A stretch of DNA of 64,000 nucleotides from Bacteroidota bacterium (GTDB lineage: Bacteria > Bacteroidota > Bacteroidia > AKYH767-A > 2013-40CM-41-45): positions 351 to 64,350 of the forward strand of contig JAYVUK010000016.1 of the NCBI GenBank assembly GCA_043787975.1, read 5' to 3'. The position numbers and the translations under genes were made by a program. How positions within the stretch are numbered: position 1 is the stretch's first letter; the number at the start of each line of letters is the position of its first letter. Under the pieces are notes generated by a model that saw only the letters and a list, made by a program, of their open reading frames with translations, was not told the origin of the DNA and searched no databases. This document shows, in pieces, positions 9,991 through 20,700 of the stretch.

Positions 9991-10620
9991 TCAATGAAAA
10001 GCTTTGTTGATGGCATCGGTTCGCGATTGCACATGCAGTTTGCGGTAAATACTTTGGGTATGCCTTCTCACCGTTTCAATGGAGATAAAAAGTTTTTCGG
10101 CTATTTCTTTATACCGGTAACCGTGAGAAAGGAGATTGAGCAATTCCCTTTCCCGTGTCGTTAAAGCAGAGGCTTCCTGTGTCATTACAGGTTTGGGCGT
10201 AAGCATCATGGATACGACTCTTCGTGCAATGCTGGCTGACATCGGTGAACCTCCTTCGTGCAATTCACGGATGGCAATCACTAATTTTTCAGGAGGTGTC
10301 TTCTTTACAATATATCCTGTGGCTCCCGCCAGTAACGCATTAAATATTTTTTCGTCCTCTTCATACACTGTACACATCATCACCTGGATACCGGGGCAAA
10401 TTTCAATGAGGCGCTTCACACATTCAATACCGTTCATTCCGGGAAGATTAATATCCATTAATATCACATCCGGCTTTCTCAAAGGAATTCTCTTCAATGC
10501 CTCTTCTCCATTCTCAAATACAGAATCGCACTGAAACCCTTTTTCTGAAGAAATAGTTTCTTCCAGCATGTTTCGGATCTCGCGATCATCTTCAACAATC
10601 GATATTCTTATATCAGGCAT
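9991..10620 (-). CDS. Two-component response regulator, NarL/FixJ (LuxR-type HTH) family
   Basis: N-terminal receiver (IVEDDREIRNML...DVILMDINLPGMNGIE) and C-terminal LuxR HTH (LTTRERELLNLLSHGYRYKEIAEKLFISIETVRRHTQSIYRKL). Confidence 0.9.
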   Translation of the reverse strand: MPDIRISIVEDDREIRNMLEETISSEKGFQCDSVFENGEEALKRIPLRKPDVILMDINLPGMNGIECVKRLIEICPGIQVMMCTVYEEDEKIFNALLAGATGYIVKKTPPEKLVIAIRELHEGGSPMSASIARRVVSMMLTPKPVMTQEASALTTRERELLNLLSHGYRYKEIAEKLFISIETVRRHTQSIYRKLHVQSRTDAINKAFH

Positions 10621-10682
10621 TTACGCTGTATTGATTTTCAAAATTATTTTTTTAATTCACCCGGTACAATAACCAGTTTGTG

Positions 10683-13600
10683 TTATGCAAAAGGAAAGGA
10701 AATACTCACCTGTGTTCCTTTACCGATTTCAACAGGAGAATAAATCGCAAACTCGCCGCCGATTTCCGTCATCCTTTGTTTCATATTTGGAAGCCCGTTG
10801 CCCGTATAATTCGTTGAAAAGCCCAGGCCGTCATCCATGATGTTCACTACCATTATTTTTTCTCTGAGTCCAATGTGAATTGTAACGGTCTCTGCCCTGC
10901 TGTGCTTTGAAATATTATGAAGCGCTTCCTTCACGACCAGGAAAATATTTCTTCGTGCTTCACCGGAAAGGGCATCGTCCGGAATTATTTCCGGAATTGT
11001 TATTTTTAATTTGATCCGTGTATCATCAAAATATTCATATCCGTATTTGTGTATGTGCGCAACCAGGTTTTGCAAGGTATCATTCCGCATATTGAGCGCC
11101 CAGATTATTTCATTCATGTTGTCCACCAGTTCGTGTGCAGAAGATGACATGCGTGAAATGAGGTAATTTTTTTCCTGTTCCGGATTTTTTTTCAGCAGGT
11201 CTCCCATCATCGCAATTTTAGTAAGTCCGGAACCGAGATCATCGTGCAATTCATTACTGATTCGAGTACGTTCAGAATTAATCCGTTGTTGCTGCTCATA
11301 CGCCCGATGTTCCGAATTCAGTCTGCGCCTGAAATAAAATGCAACTACGCTAGCAATGCATGCCGCAGAAAATAATGCAATAAAAATCTTGAACCACCAT
11401 GTCGACCAAAACGGGGGTTCAATACGTATGTGCATTTTTGTTGGTTCGCTCCACGCCTCATCCCCTTTGCTTGATCGCACCATAAATGTATAATCGCCGC
11501 CGGGGATATTCGTAAATGATGCAAATCTTTTCTTATCGGCATCCACCCAATCCTTGTCAAATCCTTCCAGTAAATATTCAAACCTTGTGTTGCTTCCATC
11601 TTTGAAATTAACGGTCGTATATTCAATCGTAAAATAATTCTGTCTATAAGAAAGCTGTAATGACTTTGAAAAATCAACTGCAGTATCTTTCCCGTTGATT
11701 TGCATTCTCTGAATGTAAAGATGTTGCTCCGGAGTTTTCTCCTTTAAATCATCGGGATTAAAATAAACAACAGCATGCGGAGTCAGCAGACAAACAAGAT
11801 TATGTAAGGAATCAAAAAAAGATGTTCGCATGAATTCATTGTCTGGCAACCCATCTGACATCTCAAAGTTTCTAAATTTTTTTACAACCGGATCAAACAT
11901 CGCCAAACCATTCTGTGTCCCCAACCATAAGTTCCCATTCTTATCCCGCGTAATTGACTTCACAATTTCATTACACAACCCCTCATTTCTTAAAAAATTT
12001 TCTGAGGTGTTCGTTACGTAATTATAGCGCATTAAACCATGACCGGTGGAAGAAGCGAGCCAAACGGTATTTCCAGTGTCGGGCAATAGATCACTGATGC
12101 TCTCCGATAAATTATCGTCCTTCGATTTTGTTTTGGGATAGTGTGTAAAAGAATTTTCTGTTCTGTTCCATCGAACAAATCCTTGTGCTGCGATAGAGGA
12201 AAACCAAATATTCCCATCGTGATCTTCCCTTATTTTTGTCACAAATGATAAAGGAAAGTCCTTTGCGTTACTGCCATAATAATATTTGGTTAATTTATTT
12301 TCGCGCGAAGAGTAGTGTGCTATAGCCATACTAGCCCTGTATCCAAACCAATAATCATTGTGTGAATCCTGAAAAATAGCTGATACTTCGTGATTGGGTA
12401 AATCACTGAATACCCCTTCGGGTCGCGTCAAACGGCTTTTTTCAATGTCGTATAAGAACAATCCGGAAAAGGTTCCTGCCCAGACGTCCTTCGCATGATC
12501 AACATACAGTCGTGTAATCACATTTTCATCTTCGTGCAACGGTTGATTGTTTATGCATTGCCTTACTTCCTCTGTCTCCTTATTTAAATTAAAAAGCCCC
12601 TTTGATTCTGTACCTACCACAAGCAAGGTGGAATCATACAGGGTAAAGCAAAGCAACTGCGCAAATGGTTCGTTATTTTTCTTTCTGAATTCATTAGAAA
12701 AATAATGAAAAGATGTTTTGCTCAGTGCTGTCCTGGAAAGCCCTCCTGCTGTTGAAATCCAAAGATTATTTTCTTTGTCTGGAAACATTCTACTTATTTC
12801 ATCTGAAGAAATTGACAACGGATCATAAATATCATGAATATGAATGGTGACATTTCCATTGGCCGGGTTGAATTCAAATAGTCCGCCCGATTCACTTCCG
12901 CATAAAAGTTTATCTCCAATTGGCAGAATTCCATTCAGTGTATTGTAAGAAGAAGAAAATGGCCTGTTCTCAGATGGAAAATAATACTTCGTTAATTTGT
13001 CTTCTGTAAAATTATATCTCCAAAGACCGCCTCCCCATGGAGAAAACCAAATATTTTTTTTAAGCGAATCAAGATATAATCCCCGGATGGCTAAGGCGGC
13101 GAAAAGAGGAGAAGAGGAATTTTTAAAACAGCTCACTCGTTTTGTCTTATTTTCAACCAGTACCATCCCGAAGTTATCGGAAGGAATCCATAAATCATTC
13201 TTTTGGTCAAGTACCGGGTTATCAAAATCAATGACAATTCCACGCAAAATTTTGCCTTCCTGTGAATCGGTAAAACGGGATTTATAATTCAGAAGTGAGT
13301 CATAAATGTCAATCACGCCATTGTAATTCACCCAAAGATTTTTATCGGCATCGGAGAAAATTTTTCTGATGAAAATATTTTTTTGCGACTCAAATTCCTT
13401 TTGTTTTATCCTGAAATTTTCAAAACGATTTTTATTCATATTGAAAACCCCCAACCCATTATTGGTTCCGATAACGAGCAAACCACCCGGCACCTCTGTC
13501 ATTGTTCGGACAAAATTCCCGGGTAGCGAATTTGAATCTGCTGCATTATGAAAAAAATTCTGAAACGAGCTTCCATCAAAACGATTCAATCCATTCTGCG

Positions 13601-13781
13601 TGGTAACCCAGATAAATCCACGGCTATCCTGGCAAATATCCCCGCAATCATTTTCCGACAGCCCATTCTTAATCGAATAATTTTCAAATCGAAACTGAAG
13701 CGGCTGGCCGTATGAAAAATTTAACAAAAGCAGGAAGAAAAGTGCGCCAATAAGTAATCGTAATTTCATGCTACGAATCAT
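10683..13781 (-). CDS. Sensor histidine kinase with periplasmic two-component-regulator beta-propeller plus Y_Y_Y domains, one TM helix, HisKA_3 and HATPase_c
   Basis: Signal peptide. Long repetitive propeller region. TM segment WWFKIFIALFSAACIASVVAFYF. H-box SNELHDDLGSGLTKIAMM (NarX-type HisKA_3). C-terminal ATPase (IMDDGLGF...GNGLPNMKQRMTEIGGEF). It sits immediately upstream of the LuxR-type regulator gene. Confidence 0.9.
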   Translation of the reverse strand: MIRSMKLRLLIGALFFLLLLNFSYGQPLQFRFENYSIKNGLSENDCGDICQDSRGFIWVTTQNGLNRFDGSSFQNFFHNAADSNSLPGNFVRTMTEVPGGLLVIGTNNGLGVFNMNKNRFENFRIKQKEFESQKNIFIRKIFSDADKNLWVNYNGVIDIYDSLLNYKSRFTDSQEGKILRGIVIDFDNPVLDQKNDLWIPSDNFGMVLVENKTKRVSCFKNSSSPLFAALAIRGLYLDSLKKNIWFSPWGGGLWRYNFTEDKLTKYYFPSENRPFSSSYNTLNGILPIGDKLLCGSESGGLFEFNPANGNVTIHIHDIYDPLSISSDEISRMFPDKENNLWISTAGGLSRTALSKTSFHYFSNEFRKKNNEPFAQLLCFTLYDSTLLVVGTESKGLFNLNKETEEVRQCINNQPLHEDENVITRLYVDHAKDVWAGTFSGLFLYDIEKSRLTRPEGVFSDLPNHEVSAIFQDSHNDYWFGYRASMAIAHYSSRENKLTKYYYGSNAKDFPLSFVTKIREDHDGNIWFSSIAAQGFVRWNRTENSFTHYPKTKSKDDNLSESISDLLPDTGNTVWLASSTGHGLMRYNYVTNTSENFLRNEGLCNEIVKSITRDKNGNLWLGTQNGLAMFDPVVKKFRNFEMSDGLPDNEFMRTSFFDSLHNLVCLLTPHAVVYFNPDDLKEKTPEQHLYIQRMQINGKDTAVDFSKSLQLSYRQNYFTIEYTTVNFKDGSNTRFEYLLEGFDKDWVDADKKRFASFTNIPGGDYTFMVRSSKGDEAWSEPTKMHIRIEPPFWSTWWFKIFIALFSAACIASVVAFYFRRRLNSEHRAYEQQQRINSERTRISNELHDDLGSGLTKIAMMGDLLKKNPEQEKNYLISRMSSSAHELVDNMNEIIWALNMRNDTLQNLVAHIHKYGYEYFDDTRIKLKITIPEIIPDDALSGEARRNIFLVVKEALHNISKHSRAETVTIHIGLREKIMVVNIMDDGLGFSTNYTGNGLPNMKQRMTEIGGEFAIYSPVEIGKGTQVSISFPFA

Positions 13782-13799
13782 TTAATATTTCGTTTTTTT

Positions 13800-16727
13800 T
13801 TAATCACGTTCATTTTCTTCTGCCGCCTCTTCCTTCTTTGACGCTTTAACAATAAAGGTTTTGCTGATTTTACTTCCCTTCGCATCAGTAATTTCAACGG
13901 AATATTTTCCCGCGACAAGAAAATACTTTTTATTCTCTGCTTGTTTTACAGTCACCGTTTTATTTGTCTTTTTATCAGTCAATGATTTTTCAAAAGCTTT
14001 CACAACCGAGGAATCCATTTCCAGATCATATTTTACATAATTTAATCCGGCTTCACTTGTATCATTTAAAGAATAAAGAGACAGTCCCTTTTCTGATTTG
14101 ATTTGAATTCTAGTGATTCCATTTTCTTTTATATAAAACGGAATCGTAACACTACTTGTAAAAGGAGATTCACCAAACGGATCAAACTTCTTTCCCCAGT
14201 TTTTATTGAATGTAATATCAGGAACATTAAACGCGAACAACGGTTTTTGCAAAAGCGAATCATTGAGTTGCTGCAGCTCATCCAACTTCGCAATGTATAT
14301 GGAGCGACCATGTGTACCGAGAACAATTTCATTTTCTCGCGGATGAAGTGCCAGGTCATGAACGGCAACGCGAGGTAATCCGCCATTCATCGTCGTAAAT
14401 GATTTTCCTTTGTTGAATGAAACATACAAACCGTTATCCGTTCCGGCATAGAGAATATTTTCATTTTTCAAATCTTCTTTCACCACATTAATTGGCTCAT
14501 CCGGCAGATCACTGCTAATCGGCTTCCAGGTCGTTCCATAATCTTCAGAAACAAAAAGATAGGGAAGGAAATGATCGAAGCGATAACCATTCAGTGAAAC
14601 ATACACCGTTCCTTCTTTAAAATTGGAAGGGCTTACACGGCTCGTGTATAAGCCCTGTGGCAACTGGTCTGAAATTTTTTTCCATGTATAGCCGTCATCT
14701 TTAGAAACCCAAACCAACCCGTCATCGGTGCCTAGGTAAATCAATCCGAACTTCAAAGGAGATTCAACAATGGTCGTGATTGTATTGTAAGGCACATCGC
14801 CTTTTTTGTCATGCATCGTTAAATCGTCAGACAACACTTTCATATCATCTCCTTTATTCATCGAACGATGAAAACGATTTGTTCCCATATAAAGAATATC
14901 CTGGTTGTGACGTGAAAGCCAGATTGGTGTCTGCCAGTTGAAACGATAATTCGGTTCGCCTAAATTATTTTTTGGTTTTACATCCTTGTTATCACCTGAG
15001 TTTTTATTGATGCGCGCATAATATCCGAACTGGGAACCTGTATACACCGTTGCATTGTCGCGCGTATCTACCTGCACCTGCATACCATCACCACCGGCAA
15101 TAAATTTGAAAGGATATTGTCCTTCCTGCAACCATGAACTGTTTTCTGTGTTGGTTGACGGTCCTGTCCACACTCCGTTATCCTGTAAGCCACCGTAGAC
15201 ATTGTAAGGTCTTTCCATATCCACAGCAACAGAATAAAACTGCCCGACCGCAGGTGTGTTTGCCTTGAACCAGTTTTTTCCGTCATCATAAGAAATATTT
15301 AATCCACCGTCATTGCAAATAATTATATGTCCGTCTTTTTTTGTACTCATCCATACGCAATGATGATCACCATGTGTATTATCACCATCAATTGATTTGA
15401 ATGTTTTTCCTCCGTCTGTTGACATCACTAAAGGAAGTCCGCAGATGATAATCTTATCCGGATTGAACGGTGACACAAATATTTTTCCGAAATAATAACC
15501 ATAGGTATAAGACAAGTTATGAAGATCTCCGGTATTGACCTTCTTCCATGTTGCTCCTGCATCATAGCTTTTGTATATCTCTGCACCAATGATCGGTGTA
15601 TCGAACAATGAATTGTTTGCATCATTGAGATACTCGGTAACGTCAGTTGGCCGGATGGAATCTTTCCTGATTAAATCTTTTACAACAGAAGCAGAATACT
15701 TTTCAGGAAAAGAATGACTTTTCAAAAAATCATTGAGTTTCTTGTCATCAAGTTTCAGAAAATTTTCTTTTGAAATATCTTTTAAATCTTTTGTGATGAT
15801 GACAGCAGTATCTTTTTTCTCTTCCTCTTTTTTATGAAACTGGTTGTCCAAAATAGCATATACTAATTTTGAATTGCCCGGATAAATTGCCATCCCGATT
15901 CTTCCAACACCTTCACCCGTTGGAAAACCTGATCCTTCCTTTGTAATCAGCGTCCAATGTTCTCCACCATCTATACTTTTATAAATTCCTGAAGATGCTC
16001 CGCTCTCCGTAAAATTCCATGCTCGTCTTTCGCGATGCCACATCGAAGCATACAAGATCGTTGCATTCGTCGGATCAATTGCCAGGTCAATCGCACCTGT
16101 ATTTTCATCCATGTACAGAACCTGTTTCCATGTTTGTCCGCCGTCAACAGTTTTATAAACTCCGCGTTCCTTATTCGGAGAATACAAATGACCAAGCGCT
16201 GCAACCCAAAGCGTATTTGGATCAGACGGATGCAACATAATTTTTCCGATGTGATGCGATTCAGGAAGGCCTTTATACTCCCATGTTTTTCCACTGTCAG
16301 TGCTTTGATAAATTCCGTTGCCTGCATACGAACTTCGGCTTGAATTCGCTTCGCCTGTTCCTACCCAGATGTTACGAGTCTTCCAATCAACTGCAATGTC
16401 ACCAATGGTGATCACATCTTCTTTATCAAACACAGGAGAAAAAGACTGCCCATTATTTTTTGTGTACCACAATCCTCCTGATGCATAGGCCACATAAAAC
16501 TCCGAAGGATCATCCGGATTTACTTCTACATCCACCGCACGGCCGCTCATGATCGAGGGACCGATATTTCTAAACTTGAGATTTTTTAGCAGTGAATTTT
16601 GTTCCAATGCTTTTCTTTTACCGATGCCTTGCATGCGATCGGCTGCCGACGTAGCAAGCTGTGTTGCCTGGGAAAACAAAAATACCGGAATCAGCAATGT
16701 GATAAATACAGATAGAATTTTTTTCAT
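13800..16727 (-). CDS. Secreted BNR/Asp-box repeat protein, sortilin/VPS10-like
   Basis: Signal peptide MKKILSVFITLLIPVFLFSQ. Repeated Asp-box motifs STDSGKTWE, TVDGGQTWK, SIDGGEHW, SYDAGATWK, STDGGKTFK, SKDDGYTWK, SEDYGTTWK. No recognisable T9SS CTD at the end. Confidence 0.8.
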   Translation of the reverse strand: MKKILSVFITLLIPVFLFSQATQLATSAADRMQGIGKRKALEQNSLLKNLKFRNIGPSIMSGRAVDVEVNPDDPSEFYVAYASGGLWYTKNNGQSFSPVFDKEDVITIGDIAVDWKTRNIWVGTGEANSSRSSYAGNGIYQSTDSGKTWEYKGLPESHHIGKIMLHPSDPNTLWVAALGHLYSPNKERGVYKTVDGGQTWKQVLYMDENTGAIDLAIDPTNATILYASMWHRERRAWNFTESGASSGIYKSIDGGEHWTLITKEGSGFPTGEGVGRIGMAIYPGNSKLVYAILDNQFHKKEEEKKDTAVIITKDLKDISKENFLKLDDKKLNDFLKSHSFPEKYSASVVKDLIRKDSIRPTDVTEYLNDANNSLFDTPIIGAEIYKSYDAGATWKKVNTGDLHNLSYTYGYYFGKIFVSPFNPDKIIICGLPLVMSTDGGKTFKSIDGDNTHGDHHCVWMSTKKDGHIIICNDGGLNISYDDGKNWFKANTPAVGQFYSVAVDMERPYNVYGGLQDNGVWTGPSTNTENSSWLQEGQYPFKFIAGGDGMQVQVDTRDNATVYTGSQFGYYARINKNSGDNKDVKPKNNLGEPNYRFNWQTPIWLSRHNQDILYMGTNRFHRSMNKGDDMKVLSDDLTMHDKKGDVPYNTITTIVESPLKFGLIYLGTDDGLVWVSKDDGYTWKKISDQLPQGLYTSRVSPSNFKEGTVYVSLNGYRFDHFLPYLFVSEDYGTTWKPISSDLPDEPINVVKEDLKNENILYAGTDNGLYVSFNKGKSFTTMNGGLPRVAVHDLALHPRENEIVLGTHGRSIYIAKLDELQQLNDSLLQKPLFAFNVPDITFNKNWGKKFDPFGESPFTSSVTIPFYIKENGITRIQIKSEKGLSLYSLNDTSEAGLNYVKYDLEMDSSVVKAFEKSLTDKKTNKTVTVKQAENKKYFLVAGKYSVEITDAKGSKISKTFIVKASKKEEAAEENERD

Positions 16728-16880
16728 CTCGCATATTATTTTAAGGGGATGAAGATAACAGGAAATAGGAATTCCTGTGGTTAAAAAAAACTAAAGACAA
16801 TTCCGATAACGTTTCGTAAATTCGATCTTTATTTCTTCATTTCTTTTAGTATTCGTCTTATACTATAAACCGGTAGCTCC

Positions 16881-18536
16881 ATGATAAAAATTTATTCCGT
16901 TTGTTTTCTTTTTTGCATTTCCAATTTCGTTTCAGCGCAAATACATGTTTTCCAAAAAGCATATGGAGGTCCTCGCCAGGATTATGGTTTCGGATTAGTT
17001 TCCACCAATGATGGCGGCTACGCAATGGTAGGGCATTCGAATAGCTATGGTTCACAAGATTTCAGCGTGCTGCTCATCAAGCTCGATGCAAATGCAAATG
17101 TGTCGTGGTCACATTTGTACGGAGGTTCAGGCACTGAAGAAGGTTTGAAACTTATTCAGACAAGCGACGGAGGTTTTGCTATTTGCGGAAAAACAAACAG
17201 TTATGGTTCCGGTAATTTTGATGCATTACTCATCAAAACGGATGCAAGCGGAACCCTGCAATGGATGAAAACATACGGAGGATTGGCTGAAGAACACCTG
17301 GTAAATTTGCGTCAAACAATTGATCATGGTTTTATTCTCAGCGGTTCCACCATGAGTTACGGACAGGGAAATTGGGATATGTTATTTATTAAAACCGATT
17401 CTGTTGGTGATACGCTGTGGACGAAAATTATCGGGGGAACCGGTTCCGACCAGGGAACAGATGCTGAACAAACCAATGATGGAGGATTTATTTTTTGCGG
17501 GAGAGAATCAAGCTGGGGAGCAGGGAGCGGTGATGTATTCCTGATGAAAACAAATGCAAACGGAGATTCAACCTGGTCGAGAACGCTCGGTGGTCCGGGT
17601 TACGAAGAAGGAATAAAAGTCAAGCAGACAAAGGATCGCGGATATATTGTGACAGGCGCATCAGCCGGCTTTACCAATACAAGCTATGATGTTTACCTGA
17701 ACAAACTTGATAGTGTCGGAAATCTCACCTGGTCAAAACTATATGCCGGGATTCATACGGATGCAACGTATGACGTATTGCAACTTGCAGATAGCGGCTA
17801 TGTCGTAACAGGCGAAACAGAAAGCTTTGGTAATAACCATGCACGACCGGCCCCTGCTTCTAAAGACATTCAATCCATCATTCAACCGGTGAATGTTCTT
17901 GGTACAGATCACTCAAACGTCCTGGTCATTCGTACCGATGTAAACGGAGATACATTGTGGTCGCGTGCTTATGGAGGTGACCGGCTGGATGAAGCATACA
18001 CAATCATTCAAACAGCTGATTCGGGATTTATGACCATCGCTTTTTCAATCAGTTTCGGTAACGACAGCATTGATTTCTACCTTATAAAAAGTGACAAGAA
18101 CGGTTATAGTGGTTGTGATGAAACGCCTGCTCCTCTCGATGTCATCACTCCGGCAACAATGATCATGACGATCGCTCCGCAGATTATTTCAGGAGTGAAT
18201 GTGACAAGCGCTTTCAACCTGTTAACGATCCCGGTTGCAACTCAACATGACATCTGTTCTGAGTTTACGGGAATAGATGAACCCGATAACAATACCAATG
18301 CCTTCACATTATTTCCAAATCCTGTACGAGATAAACTATTTGTGAATTATCATTTGTTATCCGGCAATGCCGCTATCGAAATTTACAACATGCTTGGAGA
18401 AAAAGTTTTTGCACTTGTTGCAAATAGTAACGAAAGAAAATTGGAGATTGATATGTCACAACTTGCGAGCGGAATCTATGATTGTCGCTTCGCTACCGGA
18501 GCACGAATTGTGACTACGAAATTTGTGAAAGAATAG
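16881..18536 (+). CDS. Secreted beta-propeller-type repeat protein (about eight ~48-aa YGG...DGGY...SYG...LIKTD...G..W repeats) with T9SS C-terminal sorting domain
   Basis: Signal peptide. Internal repeats visible in the translation. C-terminal FTLFPNPVRDKLFVNYHL...IEIYNMLGEKVF...SGIYDCRFATGARIVTTKFVKE is a T9SS CTD. Confidence 0.8.
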   Translation: MIKIYSVCFLFCISNFVSAQIHVFQKAYGGPRQDYGFGLVSTNDGGYAMVGHSNSYGSQDFSVLLIKLDANANVSWSHLYGGSGTEEGLKLIQTSDGGFAICGKTNSYGSGNFDALLIKTDASGTLQWMKTYGGLAEEHLVNLRQTIDHGFILSGSTMSYGQGNWDMLFIKTDSVGDTLWTKIIGGTGSDQGTDAEQTNDGGFIFCGRESSWGAGSGDVFLMKTNANGDSTWSRTLGGPGYEEGIKVKQTKDRGYIVTGASAGFTNTSYDVYLNKLDSVGNLTWSKLYAGIHTDATYDVLQLADSGYVVTGETESFGNNHARPAPASKDIQSIIQPVNVLGTDHSNVLVIRTDVNGDTLWSRAYGGDRLDEAYTIIQTADSGFMTIAFSISFGNDSIDFYLIKSDKNGYSGCDETPAPLDVITPATMIMTIAPQIISGVNVTSAFNLLTIPVATQHDICSEFTGIDEPDNNTNAFTLFPNPVRDKLFVNYHLLSGNAAIEIYNMLGEKVFALVANSNERKLEIDMSQLASGIYDCRFATGARIVTTKFVKE

Positions 18537-18572
18537 ATGAGCAAAGAAATCCGTATCCGTTTAATCAAAGCA

Positions 18573-18612
18573 AAAAGACCCCAGTGAACATTCACCGAGG
18601 TCTTTTTATATT
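18573..18612. terminator. Bidirectional rho-independent terminator between the convergent 16881-18536 and 18626-19360 genes
   Basis: Hairpin AAAGACCCCAGTGAACATTCACCGAGGTCTTT followed by TTATATTTT. There are T/A runs on both sides. Confidence 0.5.
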
Positions 18613-18625
18613 TTATCTAAATCAA

Positions 18626-19360
18626 TTATTTTCTGCTACCGAACAATCTCAACAAAGCAAGAAAGAGGTTGATAAAATCCAGGTAAAGTGTCAAAGCACC
18701 CATGATACTCATCTTGGCAGTTGCTTCGGTTCCTGTTTCCACCTGGGCGCTCATGTCTTTCAGTTTCTGTACATCATACGCTGTCAAGCCGGTAAACACA
18801 ATCACGGCAATGAAACTGATGATATAGCTTAATCCGCTACTACCGATAAACATGTTCACAAGCGATGCAATGATAATTCCTATCAGTGCCATGAAGAGTA
18901 GACTTCCAAGTTTCGTTAAATCAGTCTTTGTGGTGTAACCAATAAGAGCCATGATGCCAAACATCGCAGCTGTTGAAATAAAAATTGTATAGATAGATGC
19001 TGAAGTGTATGCAAGAAAGATAAAGCTTAAGCTCATTCCCATCAATACGGAATACACTAGAAACACCGCAGTAAGTGCAGTTGATGAAAGACGGCTGATT
19101 CCGAAACTCATGAGGAGCACCAACCCGATCGGAGCAAACATGACTACGTATCCGAGACCTGACAAACCTCTTGTCTCCGGATTGAGAAGGTATTGCATGT
19201 ACGTCATATCTGTACCGAAAACATAAGCGGTAATGGCTGATATGGCTAGCGCAACTCCCATCCATGAAAACACATTCGCAATAAACGATTTTGCAACTGC
19301 TGGTTGTGCTAAACCGGGTTGATTGGTAATGTTGAAATTAAAATTCTGATTGTTATCCAT
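18626..19360 (-). CDS. Bax-inhibitor-1/YccA family inner-membrane protein
   Basis: 7-TM profile and family-typical motifs (AKSFIANVFSWMGVALAISAITAYVF...GLTAYDVQKLKDM). Confidence 0.8.
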   Translation of the reverse strand: MDNNQNFNFNITNQPGLAQPAVAKSFIANVFSWMGVALAISAITAYVFGTDMTYMQYLLNPETRGLSGLGYVVMFAPIGLVLLMSFGISRLSSTALTAVFLVYSVLMGMSLSFIFLAYTSASIYTIFISTAAMFGIMALIGYTTKTDLTKLGSLLFMALIGIIIASLVNMFIGSSGLSYIISFIAVIVFTGLTAYDVQKLKDMSAQVETGTEATAKMSIMGALTLYLDFINLFLALLRLFGSRK

Positions 19361-19421
19361 TTTAGTTTTTGATTTTATTTAGTGGAACCCCGACTGTCGA
19401 ATTTCACGCCAAAGGTATACA

Positions 19422-20039
19422 TTATGAAAGATTGGCAGAAATGAGTCGGATGAATTCTGCTCTCGTCTTTTCATTTTCAAACTCGCCTGTGAAAGCCGAA
19501 GTCGTTGCAACAGAATTCTGTTTTTGAATACCACGCATCAGCATGCACAAATGTTTTGCTTCAATTACGACAGCTACGCCAAGAGGTTTCAAAGTGTCCT
19601 GGATACAGTCGCGGATTTCAGTCGTCAGCCTCTCCTGGACCTGCAGCCGTCTTGCAAATGCATCCACGACGCGTGGAATTTTACTTAACCCGACGATACA
19701 TCCGTTTGGAATATAAGCCACATGCGCTTTCCCGAAAAAAGGAAGAAGATGATGCTCACACAACGAATAAATCTCGATGTCTTTTACAATTACCATCTGC
19801 CTGTAATCTTCTCGGAACATAGCTGATTTCAAAATATCAGCCGGATTAAGATCATAGCCATGCGTAAGAAACTGGATGGCTTTGGCAGCGCGTTCAGGCG
19901 TTCGTTTTAATCCTTCCCGGTGACCATCTTCACCTATGTTATGGAGTATTCCTGAATAATTTTCTGAAATCTTTTTTAGCAACTTCGGGTTATACTGATC
20001 AATCTTACTATAACCATCCATTTCGTTTTCTTCCTGCAT
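19422..20039 (-). CDS. folE: GTP cyclohydrolase I
   Basis: Conserved FolE core ([15 protein letters not shown]...[48 protein letters not shown]). Confidence 0.9.
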   Translation of the reverse strand: MQEENEMDGYSKIDQYNPKLLKKISENYSGILHNIGEDGHREGLKRTPERAAKAIQFLTHGYDLNPADILKSAMFREDYRQMVIVKDIEIYSLCEHHLLPFFGKAHVAYIPNGCIVGLSKIPRVVDAFARRLQVQERLTTEIRDCIQDTLKPLGVAVVIEAKHLCMLMRGIQKQNSVATTSAFTGEFENEKTRAEFIRLISANLS

Positions 20040-20056
20040 AGCTTTTTCTTTTTAAG

Positions 20057-20147
20057 CTGCGAATTACGAATCAATACGAATGTACGAATCGCAGACTTTA
20101 AATAATATTCTACTCAGTTCAATTCGTAAATTAGTATTCATTCGTAC
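20057..20147. repeat. Intergenic repeat element: four direct TACGAAT heptamers bracketed by CTGCGA/TCGCAG, followed by two inverted ATTCGTA copies
   Basis: CTGCGAATTACGAATCAATACGAATGTACGAATCGCAG ... AATTCGTAAAT ... CATTCGTAC between folE and queD. The same TACGAAT array recurs at 24817-24847. Confidence 0.7.
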
Positions 20148-20564
20148 TTAGTATCCCCCGAAGTATTCCACAAAGTTCTTTTCCGTTTCCTGGATTTTCA
20201 CACAATGCAATTTACATCCAAGTGCATTGATGGGAGTTTCAACCTGGTTCCATATTTCAATCGCAAGAACTTCTGTAGAAGGAAGTTTATCCTTCATAAA
20301 ATCAACATCGAGGTTCAGGTTTTTATGATCCACTTTACTGATCACTTTTGAATGCAGAATTTTTCCTACGTCAGACAGGTTGGCAACAAAACCGGTCTCC
20401 GGATTTATTTCACCTTTCACGGTAACAGTAAGTTCATAATTATGTCCGTGCCAATTTGGATTGGCACACTTCCCAAAGACTTCTGAGTTCTTTTCATCCG
20501 TCCATTCTTTACGACTAAGTTTATGAGCAGCGCTGAACGTTTCTTTACGTGTGATGTAAATCAT
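20148..20564 (-). CDS. queD: 6-carboxy-5,6,7,8-tetrahydropterin synthase / 6-pyruvoyl-tetrahydropterin synthase family
   Basis: C-x5-HGH zinc motif (CANPNWHGHNYEL) and ETFSAAHKL. Start moved to the internal Met (MIYITRKETF), which gives ~138 aa. Adjacent to folE. Confidence 0.8.
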   Translation of the reverse strand: MIYITRKETFSAAHKLSRKEWTDEKNSEVFGKCANPNWHGHNYELTVTVKGEINPETGFVANLSDVGKILHSKVISKVDHKNLNLDVDFMKDKLPSTEVLAIEIWNQVETPINALGCKLHCVKIQETEKNFVEYFGGY

Positions 20565-20700
20565 TTTTTTGAGTATGGCACAAAGATAATCGTAAATGTT
20601 TATCGGGTATTTGATAACCTTCCAAATGTTACTCACCGCTGTATATTTTTTTTACTTACTTTTCGGTTTTCGTCAACAATAATCTAATTTCGCAGGCACA

